Notes: generated from the letters alone by a model not told the origin. Shown: positions 12,802-26,103, numbered from the stretch's first letter. The stretch: 64,000 bases of DNA from Flaccisagitta enflata (GCA_965153355.1 OZ231126.1:20212001-20276000), one strand, 5' to 3'. A program made the numbers and translations.

Positions 12802-13777
12802 TCAAACCAAGAGTCCCGAAAAATCTGGGTAATGAGTTGACAATACCTCATTATCTACATCCATTTCTTCACCATTGACATCATGGTTATTTATTATCAC
12901 GATACGAGGGTTTTCATAATCCATGGTCCGTCGAAAAAGTACGACGTCGTCATAATTTAAGCCTGCAGCAAACAATTTTAGGGGATATAGGTCACAAATG
13001 GCCAAACATTTTTCAAGTGTAAAAGACTCCAACCGTCCCAGCCGTGTATGTATTTCAGTCAGTCTCTTTAATTATATGTACGTCCTAAAATTACATTTTT
13101 TATTGAAAGCCTGTTTCAGGGTCACTGCTCCTGCACAATCGTTCTGTTAGTCATCACTGCCCATCCCCACCAACACGCGACTGGGGTAACCTTTTATTTG
13201 CCCCTTTTTTTGGGGGGGGGGTTAAGATTGTCTTTCTGTTGATGAAGCTTCCCTTATGTATGGACATGCACATTTTTTCCTAACATACTGCTGCTGACAT
13301 ACTGCCCACCCACACGCGACTTGACAAGGAAAAAAAAAAATGGTTCTTGCCTATAAAGGTCCCAGTGGTGATGTGATTGATACGATCTTGATTGCCATGG
13401 TGAAATGGGGCTGCACCAAGTTGACTTAGGATGATTGAGACTTCCATAAAAGGATGATAGTTGAAACTGGATGGTATGGCATGAGCACCCAAAAAATCAG
13501 CATATTCCGGTGGCTCAGGATAATTACAAGGCAGAGCGACGGGTAGAATGTTGTTGGTGAGATGTTCCCTTGAATTGGTATACCGATAAAGAAGCCTCCC
13601 TTCCAGTGTTTCGGCGACAAAAACTCCTGCCTTTATTGATATTTTATCCGCTGGATAATCCTGCATTAGCTGTGCTTGGATCTTTCCAAGACGATACCAT
13701 AAATCATTGGATGTGGGTGAGAGGTTGTCACGAGTGGTGCACAGGCCAGGTTGAAGACATGGTGAAGTGGTACCCAT
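12802..13777 (-). CDS. Orphan gene; two ORF segments (13777 to ~13350 and ~13065 to 12802), probably spliced
   Basis: Both segments have complex, protein-like composition and are separated by HINE fragments. The exact junction is not resolved. Confidence 0.45.
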
Positions 13778-14479
13778 ATTATGATTGGGTTCCTGGCCTT
13801 TCTATTTATACAGTGAACAGTTAACAGTTTGTATATCAAATATCAAATATCTTAATTAACAGAAAAGAGCTGGATTGATGTGAAAACAGTTATTGGCTAA
13901 AATCAAGACAAAAAGGGAGAGATGCCAATTACAAAACCTGCCACGTAGATATTGGATTTCTTACATTGTATCTCATTCCAATGGGATACAATTTTGGGTT
14001 TTATTTTCGGTAGTATTTTTAACAACTATTTGGAGTTACATAAAATATATACCCAAAAAAAAAAAAAATTTATGGGGGGGTTTTTCTTTAACTTTAATAA
14101 TTCTTTTTTTAACCTTTTACCAGAAAGATTCGTATTCACATTCCTTACACCCTTATTTGGAAAGCAGCCGCGGAGCATGGGTAAACAAAAGTTGGGATGT
14201 CTCCCTTTTTATGTCGTACTACGAATCCAAAACAAAAATATCACTTTGAGATGTGAAAATTACCTCTGGAGGTTAACAACTTTGAGGTACCACTGTAACT
14301 GTTAAAAAAATTTTTTTTTTAAAATCAACTAAAAACATAAAAGTCAATTCGCCGATGGAGACCAAATCAGGAAAAACGTAAAATGAAATACCATTTCTTC
14401 ATGGTAAACAAAGCAGTACGTAAAGAGACATGCTTTAAAAACTAAAGTTTTTCATACGTAGAGCGAATAATTCTACTGT

Positions 14480-15719
14480 TCATTCACGCACTAAATCGTT
14501 AAGAATTTGCGCGAAACGACGTTTGTCATCTGTGGTTTGGAAAGAAAAGCGTTGACGACCGAGTTGTAACTCCCAGGTTGATGTCGCCTCCAACGTTTCT
14601 CGCAACGCAGAAAAGGCAGAACCGTGACCACGCTCGCCTTCGCGCTTGGGAGGCGACTGCTCACAGGCGATCGAGGCGTCGACCGGGCACTTGGCAGAAG
14701 GGCCCCCAACAGATTCTGTGGGAACCCGTACACCAAACACCTTTTTCTCGCATGGCAAAGGGGACGTGTGAATTTCGTTTTTTATCCCGGGTGACTGTGA
14801 GGATAAAAAAGAAAGGACAGGGACCGGATAACTAGTTGTGACGTGCAAGTTGCACATCAACAAGAAGAGACACTTTGTTTCACAGCAAAAAGGAAAAATC
14901 CTTTTTTTTAACTTACTCCAATTGAGAAATCTTGTTGATTCACCTTGTTTGGCACATCGCCAGGAGCCATTTTACGCGAACCCTTCAAACAACTTCGACC
15001 AATGGGAGGCGAAATGACCGGTTCTTTGTACAAAGCCTTCCTTCCGTAGTCCTGGAGGTGAACATGAGGTGAAAAGGAGATGAGCATGAGGTGAAAAGGA
15101 ATTGGAAACAGCGAAAAAATAGTGGGAACCTAAAGGGAGTAATGAATGTTGACTTTCACCATTGATATTACTTTTTGTATACCTGAATACACCCAGTACG
15201 CGCATTAAATACGCGCAGGGGAGGAATCTGACGTGGAGCGCCCAGAAAGAGCCCGGGAGGAGGGCAACCCGGAATCAATCGAGGCGGGAGCGGTTCCATA
15301 GACGAGCGGGGAGGTTGGTACTGCTCGAGGACCTGCTCAACCTTGCGACGAGTGAACGGGGAAATACGAGACTCGGTTCCCGGAGGATCCGGCTCCGGAG
15401 AGGAGTTGAAGGAAATTTGACGCCGGACTGGGTTGTTCTTTGGCCCATGGGAGGGATTCGGTGAATGAAAGATTTTTCCCAAGATTGGACGAGGGTTGGC
15501 CGGAAACGCTTGCTGGAGTTCCACATCGACCTTTGGATCGTAGTCGATCGATGAAGCATTGGAGGATGCTTGATTCAACGGCGATGGCGATCCTTGATTC
15601 GAGGGCGAACGTGGAGGGGTGGTGACCACACTAAGTGATGACTGGGACGAGAAACTTTCATATTCTACTTCTATTTTCATGGAAGACTCCTGATTTGCCA
15701 GATTCCCAACGTGAGCCAT
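14480..15719 (-). CDS. Pro/Ser-rich orphan protein ~328 aa, 3 exons (15719-15183, 15051-14917, 14794-14480)
   Basis: Donors GTATAC and GTAAGT, acceptors ctccag and cacag, all phase 0, continuous frame. Confidence 0.7.
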
Positions 15720-16321
15720 CTTTTTTGATTTTATGACTATGATGAATTTGACGTGTTCATTAAAAGAGCTTTTTAATTGCACCTGCAAAGGTAACCAACA
15801 AGGCGGGTATAACAAGGCAGGACTGCAAAAAGAAAGGCGGAACGACCGAAACTATCTTGTAAGAAAAGAGAACCCAGTACGGTAAATGATATTTAAAAAT
15901 GGAAATCTAGGGAGTTCATTACAGGATGACAAAATAATTTTTTTTTTTTTTTAAATGTAAGCAAAGTTCTCTTTTTACTTTTTTATTTATGGAGGGAACA
16001 TTTTTACCACAACAATCAAAACACCCATTGGAACAATAAGCCCTTTTTTTTTCTTTTTCACATATATGAAACACTTTAAGTTAGATGTCTTCCTTTAATG
16101 ATTAACCCAAAACTTCCTTTTTTACACAACATTCACTGTAACTGTATAATGTGAGAAAGTAAAACACTTCCTTCAACATTTATGAACATAATCAGCTAAA
16201 CAGGAAAGAAAAATGTCGAAGAGAAACCACTAACAAAAGCTGGAAAAAACTTTGACAAAGAAGGATATCTACAATTACATACTTTAATAAAGAGCGTGTA
16301 ATTCTAATAAGTAGTGAGGCT

Positions 16322-17113
16322 CTACAGATCCTGGAAAAAACCCCTCTCATCATCGCTTGTACGGTCATCGTACCCATGGTCGTCAGCGTCGTCAAATTGA
16401 CTTTCGTCATCAGACTCTTCACCTTCTGACGCAGAAACTGGACCACCGAGTAACCAAGAGTCATTCTCATCAAGAACACTCATTTCTTTGGTCATCTCCA
16501 CCCCAATCCTCTCAAACCATTCACGCATGAGCAGATCTTCATCCTCCTCTTTGGCCATACGCTGACTGCCATCATGTGGAGAAAAACCAATTGCTTCCGT
16601 ATCAGAACCGCCAAATGGGACCTTGTAGGAATCCCTCTTGGCCTCCGTCTCTAAATCGGTCTCGGAATCCGTGTCGGAAACGATGTCATCGTTGAGGTAA
16701 TCTTTGATGAAAAGCGCCGTTTTGTTCCGACCTTCGATACTCAAGTTGTCGTACCATCGCCTCCACTCCGCAAGCGGCGAAATATAAACGTTTTCCGCCA
16801 CGGCGTACTCGGAATCCCAGTCGGAAGCCGTGTCGGACAACCCAATCGGAAGCCCTGTCGCTATGAAGGGAGAATCCATGCCGAAGTAGGAATCTGTAAA
16901 ACAGTCTGTGTCGGCATCACCGTCGTAATCAAGGGCGTCCACTTCATCGGGGGATACATCGACGGGACGTTTTACGTAATCTTCGATGGCTAAGGAAATC
17001 TCGAAACGTTGATCCAGGCTAGTGTGGTCGTACCATTGCCTCCATGACGACAGCGGGGATGGAGAGATGAGATCCGTTTCGCATACATCGCCGTCGCAGC
17101 AAGGGCAGGACAT
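16322..17113 (-). CDS. Acidic orphan protein with a duplicated SPLxxWRxWYD module and N-terminal CPCC
   Basis: Single long ORF, likely start MSCPCC at 17113. Internal repeat SPLSSWRQWYDHTSLDQRFEISLAIEDYV / SPLAEWRRWYDNLSIEGRNKTALFIKDYL. Confidence 0.65.
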   Translation of the reverse strand: MSCPCCDGDVCETDLISPSPLSSWRQWYDHTSLDQRFEISLAIEDYVKRPVDVSPDEVDALDYDGDADTDCFTDSYFGMDSPFIATGLPIGLSDTASDWDSEYAVAENVYISPLAEWRRWYDNLSIEGRNKTALFIKDYLNDDIVSDTDSETDLETEAKRDSYKVPFGGSDTEAIGFSPHDGSQRMAKEEDEDLLMREWFERIGVEMTKEMSVLDENDSWLLGGPVSASEGEESDDESQFDDADDHGYDDRTSDDERGFFQDL

Positions 17114-17765
17114 CGATGAGGGTGCTAGGACCACCTTCCTTTTGTACTTGGTGAGGAAGAGGAAGATGGGATCCAAAACCCAATCACCCTTATGAAGGAG
17201 ATAACCATTGGTTTTTGTGGCACAGCGATACAATTCTCCTTATTTTTAAGGGACAAAGGAGGTACATTCACACATTCCCCCTACATACAACTATCACTCA
17301 CCTCCCAATCATGTGGGGATTCCGAAAGAGACATTGGCGCTTTTTCTTGATTTCTAGGATCTCACTGCCTGTATATTTAAAAAACTGCATGAAAAAAAAA
17401 TGGCAGAGTGAGCAGGAAATAATCAATTAAAAATTTTTTTTTTAATTGATTGATTGATTGATTAAAGATAATAAATCTAAACTCGGTACCAGACATTAGC
17501 TACCAGATAAGTATTGATCTTGAATAGGAAATCGCTGGGGATCAATAAACAGCGAAAAAAGCAACGTTGGTACAGAAAGCATATACAAAAGGAAACACTT
17601 TTGAAATCTAAATCTTGATCAGGCATATAAACCCACCATTTTGTCCAAACTTTTGTAAGTTAGGGCTTATGGCCAAAACATTCATTGAAAATGAGAACGA
17701 TTCATACGACATATTTTAGGGTGAAGGATACGACAAGTTACAATTATAGCGCCTAACAGGTTCCA

Positions 17766-19034
17766 CTAAACAAGATGAAGCGAGTGACTAACAAGGCGGT
17801 GACAGTCACAATTCTGGTGTTCAAAGTGCGAGTGGTCGTTGACGGCAAGATTTAATTCGACATTAACAGCCTTGAAAACGGTGGTGAGGACGATGGTATT
17901 TTTGTCAACTTCAACTTCAAATATCGGACAACCATTTTCCACCCTTAAGAATCCAAGTGCGAAGAAGAAAGGTTTGCGATAAGTGGCACTCCAGACAGCG
18001 AGGCATTTGTTCGTCTCCGGATCCAAGAGGATTGGACTGGATAAGAAAAATGCCATAAAATGACAATTCTTTTTTTTTTTCAAAAGAATGACATCGTTCA
18101 AGGTTATGCAGAAATATTAAGGATTACAATGTACGAAGACTGACCTATCCTCGGGCGGGTGGCTTTGAAATGCAGTCCAGATAGGAACACGCATCCCCGC
18201 TGGCAAGTCAGATCGGCGCAAGCAGCATTTCGTCGGATCGGTGAGGTATTCCCAGCATAAGGGATTGTAATGTTGAGCTGCAATTTGTTGAGAAACACAT
18301 GTTAACAAATAGGGTCTCATTTTACAAACAACAAGGAAACAATAACCGAAGAAACTTACTTGCATTAACTTGCCACAAGCGAGCTTCCTCAGGGGTGAAA
18401 CGTTCGATGAAATTGACCGAGACGCCGTTTTCTGGAACGTTGGCCGGAGGTTCCACTTCAAGCGTCACTGAGCTCCTTGGTCCCGGAATGAAGCGCAAGG
18501 CATATGAAGACTCCGGAGAGGATGGATCCTCACCCATGATACGCACGTTTTGCATTTGAGCCTGAGAGGAGATGACTCCAATATATATTTCACCCCTTTT
18601 TGGGTGTTCCCCGAAAGAAAAGGTCACTAGAATAGGTTATTAACAAAGAAGATTTACATAAATCAAAATGAAGACCACAACTAACCAAAAGGTATCGAAG
18701 ACAAGCGTCATTGTTTATCTCGATAGAGCGTCCAGGTTCACCCAAAACTGATTTCAGCAGTGGAACAGTGATTCCATTCACGACAACAGATTCATGACTT
18801 GAACCACTTGACGAGGAAGAAGACGAAATGGGATCTAGAAGAAATTGAAGGAGAGATATTGTGTTTCTAAAAAGATACCTAAATATGGATACCAAAACAT
18901 GAGAATGACAGTGCAATGCGCACAGTCAGGCCAACCCCACCCCCAACCCTTTAAATAAAAAAAAAAAAAAAAAACGCAGATACCCTGACGAAAAAAAATA
19001 CAGTACCTGATCCAGGACTGACTGAGGTAGACAT
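17766..19034 (-). CDS. Orphan protein ~260 aa, 5 exons (19034-19007, 18834-18686, 18561-18360, 18277-18145, 18036-17766)
   Basis: Four GT-AG introns with compatible phases (1,0,1,2) give a stop-free protein MSTSVSPGSDPISS...HSLHLV. Confidence 0.72.
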
Positions 19035-20519
19035 GATTTCCTAGGGTCCACACCAACCAGGGAAACAGCAGAACCAAAAACGATGTTGTAAAAGGTCCAC
19101 GAACAACGGCCTGGGTCCAAAACGAACATGTTCAACAAACCAATCTTGTACTTAAAATAAAGGAATGCCGAAGTGTCAAACGCTGGCACGATTGCTCTTA
19201 TCGTCACGATTATCTCTCGCGCTTAATCCTCAAATCCGACCAATTACAAACTCTCTTCCAACAAACTCAGAACTTTTATCACGCCTCGCTCGATTCAATT
19301 TCTCTCTTTTTCCGTTATAAGCCATCTGCGCGCACACTGTTTATTTTCTGCCTGCCCCGCATTAATTAACAAAAATACTCTTTTCACACAAATGCTCGTC
19401 CTTCCAGCGGTTGGTCTGTCCGTGGCCTACTTTTTCTCCTTTTAACCTTTTCTCATTTTCTCCTTTGCACAGTGTAAAGAATTCATGTGAAATAAAAAAA
19501 ATTGTGTACACATTGCTTCCTCCGCATCTCCTTGTTTCGTTTCATGGGATTTCCACTGTATTACAACAAACCAATTATACAGCGCTCCAAAAAGTAAGTT
19601 ACAGTGGTATCTGTTATACTGGATCAAGTTTCATCACATTTTTCTCCTTCTTATCTTCTTGCCCAGCTTTTCCCCTCCATCTTTTTTCCTCTCTTTTCGC
19701 TCCCCTTTTCCTATCAAATCCATCATTTCCCTTTTCTCTTTTTTAAATAGAACTTGTAAGCGATTCAACCAAATATCAACGACCACGTACGTTATATTGC
19801 TATGAATCCGCTCGTCAAGAAGGAGCATAGTCAGTCTAGGCATCGAGAAACCACGCAGTCTAGATATCTAGCGTCCGATATCGCGGTCACGTTGGACAAG
19901 AAGAAAATATAACACCAAAGGTACAGCTCAGTTCAAAAGATATAACAGGGTGTTAAAACTGATCACCAATGACTGTTGGGTGTGCTTTTTAAAATAGAAA
20001 AATTCAAACAAGCAGGAGTGAAAAGAGTAAAAAAAGTTCCAAAGATATCAATAGGTGTTAAACCAGAACTGTAGCGTATCCATGTTTTACCACCTTATCT
20101 GTGCTAAGCCTACTTAACATTTTTTTGGCTGACAAATCCCGCTTACAAAGAAACAAAGGCTCAGTTTCTCAAAAGATCCATGACTGGCCCATGTTGGCGT
20201 TTACATCAAATTTCTCAGATTGTTCTCGTTTTCCATAACCGTGACAGCTCTGTTTTACAAATTTATATCTTTACTGCCGGTCAAAAAATATTCTGGTGAC
20301 ATTCCCGTTATTTCTGTAACTGTTAAACTTTCTTTATTTTACATTCTACTTTACCATTATGTTGTGTTTTCAACTTTTTCGCAGAATATCAGATGTATTG
20401 GACAACAGAATCCCTCAGCCACTTCTTACCACCTCAACATTTTCGGGAAATTCAAGTGCGATACTTCATCTACAAAATTACCTTATTTCCTACACAGTGT
20501 GCGTATAATTCATGCCAAT

Positions 20520-20785
20520 TCAAGGCCAGAATTTAGGATGAAATCTTTAGCCTTGAGCTAGATCCCAGAGCCGGGATTTGAGCCACAAGGAGGCGGAGAT
20601 TTGAGATTTCATGTTTGAGGCTAGAATTTGAAATTTGTTGCTGGGATTTCAAACCTAAAATTAAAATCTCAGGGCTGGGAATTGGGCATCAAAGCTATGA
20701 TTTAAGCCTCACGGCTGTGATAGGGCCTCAAGGATGAAGTTCGAGTCTTAAAGATGAGATTTGGAACTCAAGGCTTAGATTTGCA
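20520..20785. repeat. Degenerate ~20-bp minisatellite (gggatttgagcctcaaggct), host repeat family
   Basis: The same unit recurs at 29830-30130 and, inverted, at 42130-42600. Confidence 0.75.
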
Positions 20786-20959
20786 ACAAAGAAGGAGAAA
20801 AAGAAACAAGAACTCTGCTGTATATGAAACTATGAAAGCATAAGGCATGGGCACCTTTGGGACCGCGCTTCTCTAAAACGATATATGCAATCGACCAAAT
20901 TCTTTCCTTCGCTCATATACACGAACGCATAAACAGGAAGGAACACGAAAAATGAGAAA

Positions 20960-20999
<40 letters not shown>

Positions 21000-21049
21000 G
21001 CGGAACTTTCCTAAAAGCACAATTATGACGATGTGGCAGCGTTGGCCAT

Positions 21050-21965
21050 TTATTGGCGTCGAATAAAACCATGGCGTTGCCGTTGGGGTTGAAGTTAGTG
21101 TTGGCGTTGGTGTTGAAGTTAGTGTTGGCGTTGGTGTTGCCATTGGGATTGAAGTTAGTGTTGATGTCGGTGAAGCCGTTGGGACTGGTGTTGGTATTGG
21201 TGATAGCGTTGACCATTGATATAGTGTATCGTCGGCGTTTGTGTTTGGTAATGCCATGACATGACATGGTATTGACGTTGGCGTCGGCGTCGGTGTTCGC
21301 TTTGGTGTTGACATTGGCGTTGGCGTTGGCGTTGGTGTTGGCGTATACTAAAATGATGTTGGTATTGGAGTTGGCATTGATGATAGTGTTGGCGTTGGGG
21401 TTAAGGTTGGCGTTGGCGTTAAGGTTGGCGTTGATATTGGGGTTGGCGTTGGCGTTGGCGTTGGCATACTAAAATGGTTGTATACTGGTATGACGTTGGC
21501 AGTGTTGATAGTGTTGGCGTTGGTGACGGCGTTGGGGTCAAGGTTGGCATTAGCGCTGGCATTTGCGTTGGCATTGGCATCAGCGCTGGCATTTGCGTTG
21601 GCATTGACGTTGGCGTTGGCGTTAGCGTTGACATTGCACTAGCTTTGGCGTTGGCGTTGTATAGTGTATACTAAGATGACTTCGGTAGTAGAGTTGGCAT
21701 TGATCTACAGCTATGATGACTAAGCAGTAAAAAAAATGATAGAAGGGCATTACTAACGTGATGTATACAGTCATTACAGTGTTAAAATGATGTTGGTGTT
21801 AAAGATGGCATTGATGATGGTGTTTGCGTTGGAAGAAGCTGGTGCTATGGCAGAGGCATAAGTAATGGCTTCAAAATTGAAAATGGCGTATGCGTTGGTA
21901 TTGGCATTGGCGTTTGTGCTGTTATTAGGATTGAACTTGGCTATGGCTGTTGCGTTGAAAATACC
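21050..21965. repeat. Degenerate (GGCGTT)n minisatellite with a recurring higher-order block
   Basis: The block (act)aaaatgatgttggtattggagttggcattgatga recurs near 21346, 21468, 21670 and 21783. Confidence 0.85.
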
Positions 21966-22429
21966 AATGAGGTTGGAGTTAACAATTCTGTCACGGCACA
22001 TCTGCCGTAATAACCGTGAAAAATGAAAACAAACACATTGAACAAGTTCATTTCTAGTCCCCGTTTGTCACTGAAAGTTGCACCCGGTAAGCCTTTTTGA
22101 TTAACTGCAGCAACTCACATTGACATAACTGCAGCAACTCGAAATGAAACCCGCCGCGCTGGAGCAGCAGCACAGAATCCATGCTGCGGCACTTAATTCG
22201 TGCTGCAGCACGCTCCTCATTTTCCCTCGGATATTTTTAGCTCTTTGCAGCTCGGCAATCCTCTAATCTCACCGAATTTATTAATGATAGAAGAAAAGAG
22301 AAGAAAAGCTGGGCAAAGAAAAAGGAAAGAAAAGGAATTGACCGAAGCTTGAAGGAGGAAATGAACGCGGAAACGAGAGCCATGAGGAATATGACGACGG
22401 CGACGACGATGACGTCGACGATGATGATG

Positions 22430-22568
22430 AAGATGATGATGGTGATGATGATGGTGGTGGTGGTGGTGGTGGTGGTGGTGGTGGTGGTGGTGGTGGTGGT
22501 GGTGGTGGTGGTGGTGGTGGTGGTGGTGGTGGTGGTGGTGGTGGTGGTGGTGGTGGTGGTGGTGATGG

Positions 22569-22626
<58 letters not shown>

Positions 22627-22697
22627 GGTGGTGGTGGTGGTGGTGGTGGTGGTGGTGATGGTGATGGTGATGGTGATGGTGATGGTGATGGTGATGG

Positions 22698-22732
<35 letters not shown>

Positions 22733-22736
22733 GTGA
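22430..22736. repeat. Compound (GGT)n/(GAT)n microsatellite
   Basis: Directly visible. Confidence 0.95.
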
Positions 22737-24029
22737 CGAACACAGCAATGACGATTGATGATGTCTACGACACGGACGCAGCGTATATAATGTCAAAGAG
22801 TAAAAGACAAGTGAAAAGACAACGAAAGTAGTTGCCAAAAAAGAAATACCGAAATGTAAGCAAACAACAAATTCTTATCATTATACTTTCTTCCTCTCCT
22901 TCTTCTTTTTCTTCCTCTTCTTCTCCTTCTTCTTCTTCTTCTTCTTCTTCTTCTTCTCCTCTTTCTCCTTCTTCTTCTTCTCCTTCTTTCAATTCTTCTT
23001 CCTCTTCTTGCTGCTATTTACCCCTTTCTCCACGACAGGATTTTCCCTTCTTCTTAAATCTTTTCTTCATTTTTTTTCTTTCACCATTTCTTTCTTTTTT
23101 CTACTTCTCTTTCTCCAGCGAACGTCTAGAATTCCACTGACCATCTATTAACCTTGATCTTTGACCCTCATGAATAATCACCCTTGGGATTATTGCTGAA
23201 CCAAACTTTACTTAAAGGTGAGACGGGAGAAGCCTCAACGATGGCAAAGGATAGAAAGTAAGTCAAAGAATGAGAAATTGCTTCACCGACACTGACTTTT
23301 TTCCTTTTTTTCTGTGGGATTATCATGAAGTTATCGAGAGAAAAATCACAGTATAATCAGAGTAAGGTCGCGGCTTTATTTATGGTGAGCAGGGAGGGGG
23401 TCGAATCCCCCCCCTCTCCTCCCCTACAAAATTGGTTATCATACTTTACCAAGTGTCACTTTCAAATTCATGACGAGCAAAGTGCCAATCAAAATTCTAT
23501 CGTGATGGTTCGATTGCTCCTGCCCCGTAGGACAATGGACAATTCGCCCTTGGAGCTATGGGAGGGGATGTAGGTAGGGATGTAGGGATGTAGCTCACTT
23601 AATTGTTACTTACTCTGAAAGCGGTGGGATAGGTTTTCCAATGGGGCCGCAAAGATACCGATTTTTTTATTTTCAAAAAATAGGATCAATATTTTTGATA
23701 TCGATTATTGCCGCGGTTTGTATTATATTTCATACTAACTGGATCTGGACTAATTCGTTCAAAATATCGTTCACCCTCTTCTTTTTAGTCGCGTGCTACG
23801 CGACTCTACATCCCGCTTTGTCGGTCCCTCCATGATCAAGTGACCTCAAAAACAGCCCCTGCCCACCCGCACGCGACTGAGGTAGCCGTGCATCCGGCCT
23901 TGTTTTAATGACTTTCCTCACTACCTTTTACCTTTTTTTCAATTAGGGGACTTCCTCATATTCAAAATCTTATTCTTGACATCACCACTTTTTCCTTGAA
24001 AGTTTGCTTCCCTATCTTTTTTCATCTTT

Positions 24030-24965
24030 CTGACTGGTCCATCCTGTTACCACTTCATTATTAAGAGACTGCATCACTGTCTGTTTCTTCATCTTCTCGA
24101 TACATCCTTCTTCGCCACTTGATAGAACTTCTTCAATACTATTTTGCGTCGCCATCTTCTTCATCTTTTTGACTGGTTCATCCTCATCACTTGTTACCTT
24201 TTCATTATTAGGATACTGCATAACTGTCTGTTTCTTCATCTTCTCAAAACGTCGTTCTTTGAAACTTGATAGCACTTCTTCAATACTATTTTGCATAACC
24301 ATCTTCTTCATCTTTTTGACTGATTCATCGTCATCACTTGTTACTACTTGATTATTAGGAGACTACATCACTGTCTGTTTCTTCATCTTCTCAAAATGTC
24401 GTTCTTCGCCACTTGATAGCACTTCTTCAATTCTATTTTGCATCGCCATCTTCTTCATCTTTTTGACTGGTTCATCCTCATCACTTGTTACCTTTTCATT
24501 ATTAGGAGACTGCATCACTGTCTGTTTCTTCATCTTCTCAAAACGTCGTTCTTTGAAACTTGATAGCACTTCTTCAATACTATTTTGCATCGCCATCTTC
24601 TTCATCTTTTTGACTGGTTCATCCTCATCACTTGTTACCTTTTCATTATTAGGAGACTGCATCACTGTCTGTTTCTTCATCTTCTCAAAACGTCGTTCTT
24701 TGAAACTTGATAGCACTTCTTCAATACTATTTTGCATCGCCATCTTCTTCATCTTTTTGACTGATTCATCGTCATCACTTGTTACCACTTGATTATTAGG
24801 AGACTGCATCACTGTCTGTTTCTTCATCTTCTTGATACGTTCTTCTTTGTCACTTGATAGCACTTCTTCAATACTATTTTGCGTCGCCATCTTCTTTATC
24901 TTCTTCTTGACTTCTTCATGTATACCACTTGTTACAACTTCTTTTTTAGGAGACTGCATCACCAA
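24030..24965 (-). repeat. 147-bp tandem repeat (about 6 copies, two ~73-bp subunits) reading as a 49-aa K/M/E-rich repeat
   Basis: Unit recurs at 24241, 24388, 24535, 24682 and 24829; one copy has CAG>TAG at 24363-24365. Confidence 0.9.
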
Positions 24966-24975
24966 CTTTTTTTTC

Positions 24976-25234
24976 TTTTTAGTTGCGGATACGCAAATCT
25001 ATGAGAGGCTTTGTTCGTCCATATGTCGGTCCGACCGTCGTTGTGTCACGCGAGTTGAGAATGCGAAAAACGTGCATTTATGAATTATGATGCTACAGTT
25101 GTTATTGTAAGTGAGTGTAAGTGTGCGGCCAGTGTGGGTGTGGGAGGGAGATTGGGGTGGAGTTGGGTGTAGCTGGGGGTTGGATGCCCCTACCCACCCG
25201 TCCGCAACGATATTGTGACCCCGCGTCACTTGTT
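24976..25234 (+). mobile_element. HINE-like element inserted in the 147-bp repeat array
   Basis: TTTTTAGTTGCGGA..GCAA start, GTCCGCAAC sub-TIR, GTGAC..GTCAC hairpin and TTGTT end; the repeat sequence resumes on both sides. Confidence 0.75.
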
Positions 25235-25363
25235 GACTCGTCCTCATCACTTGTTACCACTTCTTTATTGAGAGTCTTTGAGATTTCATCAAATTTGCCT
25301 AATGGGCAATTCCATATCCCGTCGGAATCTGGTCGCCCGTAGGTCGGCCCCACCCATTCGTCG

Positions 25364-25452
<89 letters not shown>

Positions 25453-25512
25453 TTCAATTGTCAATTGAAGACGTCCCAGTCTCTGTCTTTCCGTCTTTCT
25501 ATCTACATCTCT

Positions 25513-25620
<108 letters not shown>

Positions 25621-26103
25621 ATCTCATTTTCCTTTTGTATTCCGTTTTTTGCTCCGTCTCATTTATTTCCGGACATTGACCGGATGAGCACAGAGATGAA
25701 GCTAAGGATGAGAATGAGGATGAGAATGAGGATGAGAATGAGCACGAGAATGAGCACGAAAATGAGGATGAGGAGGATGAAGAGGATGAGGTCAACCGAA
25801 GTCACTTTCAACTATTTCTAAATTTGCAGTGTTCTTGCAGCTGTGACCGATTAAGACCACAGTTTGTTGCTAATGATCTTTCTCATTCATAACTATAAGT
25901 CTATAACTGTAAACGATAAGCGTCATTTCAAGTCATTTATGGAGCTTGGTCGGTGTGTCCAAGTGTGTGACGATGTGAGTGTGTGAGTGTGTGTGGAGAG
26001 GGGGGGGGAACTGTAACTATTTGTCTGTATGTTTGCGCCTATTGTCCCGCCCTCTGTGCGACTTTCTTTTTGTCTACTTGTCTTTCTGTCTGTCTATTAT
26101 CTT

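Noticed and set aside
20830-22001. Asn/Thr- or Ala/Leu-rich ORFs
   Set aside because: Products of a degenerate GGCGTT minisatellite with frequent frame breaks.
22237-22992. Poly-Pro/Thr/Val/Glu ORFs
   Set aside because: Trinucleotide microsatellite translations.
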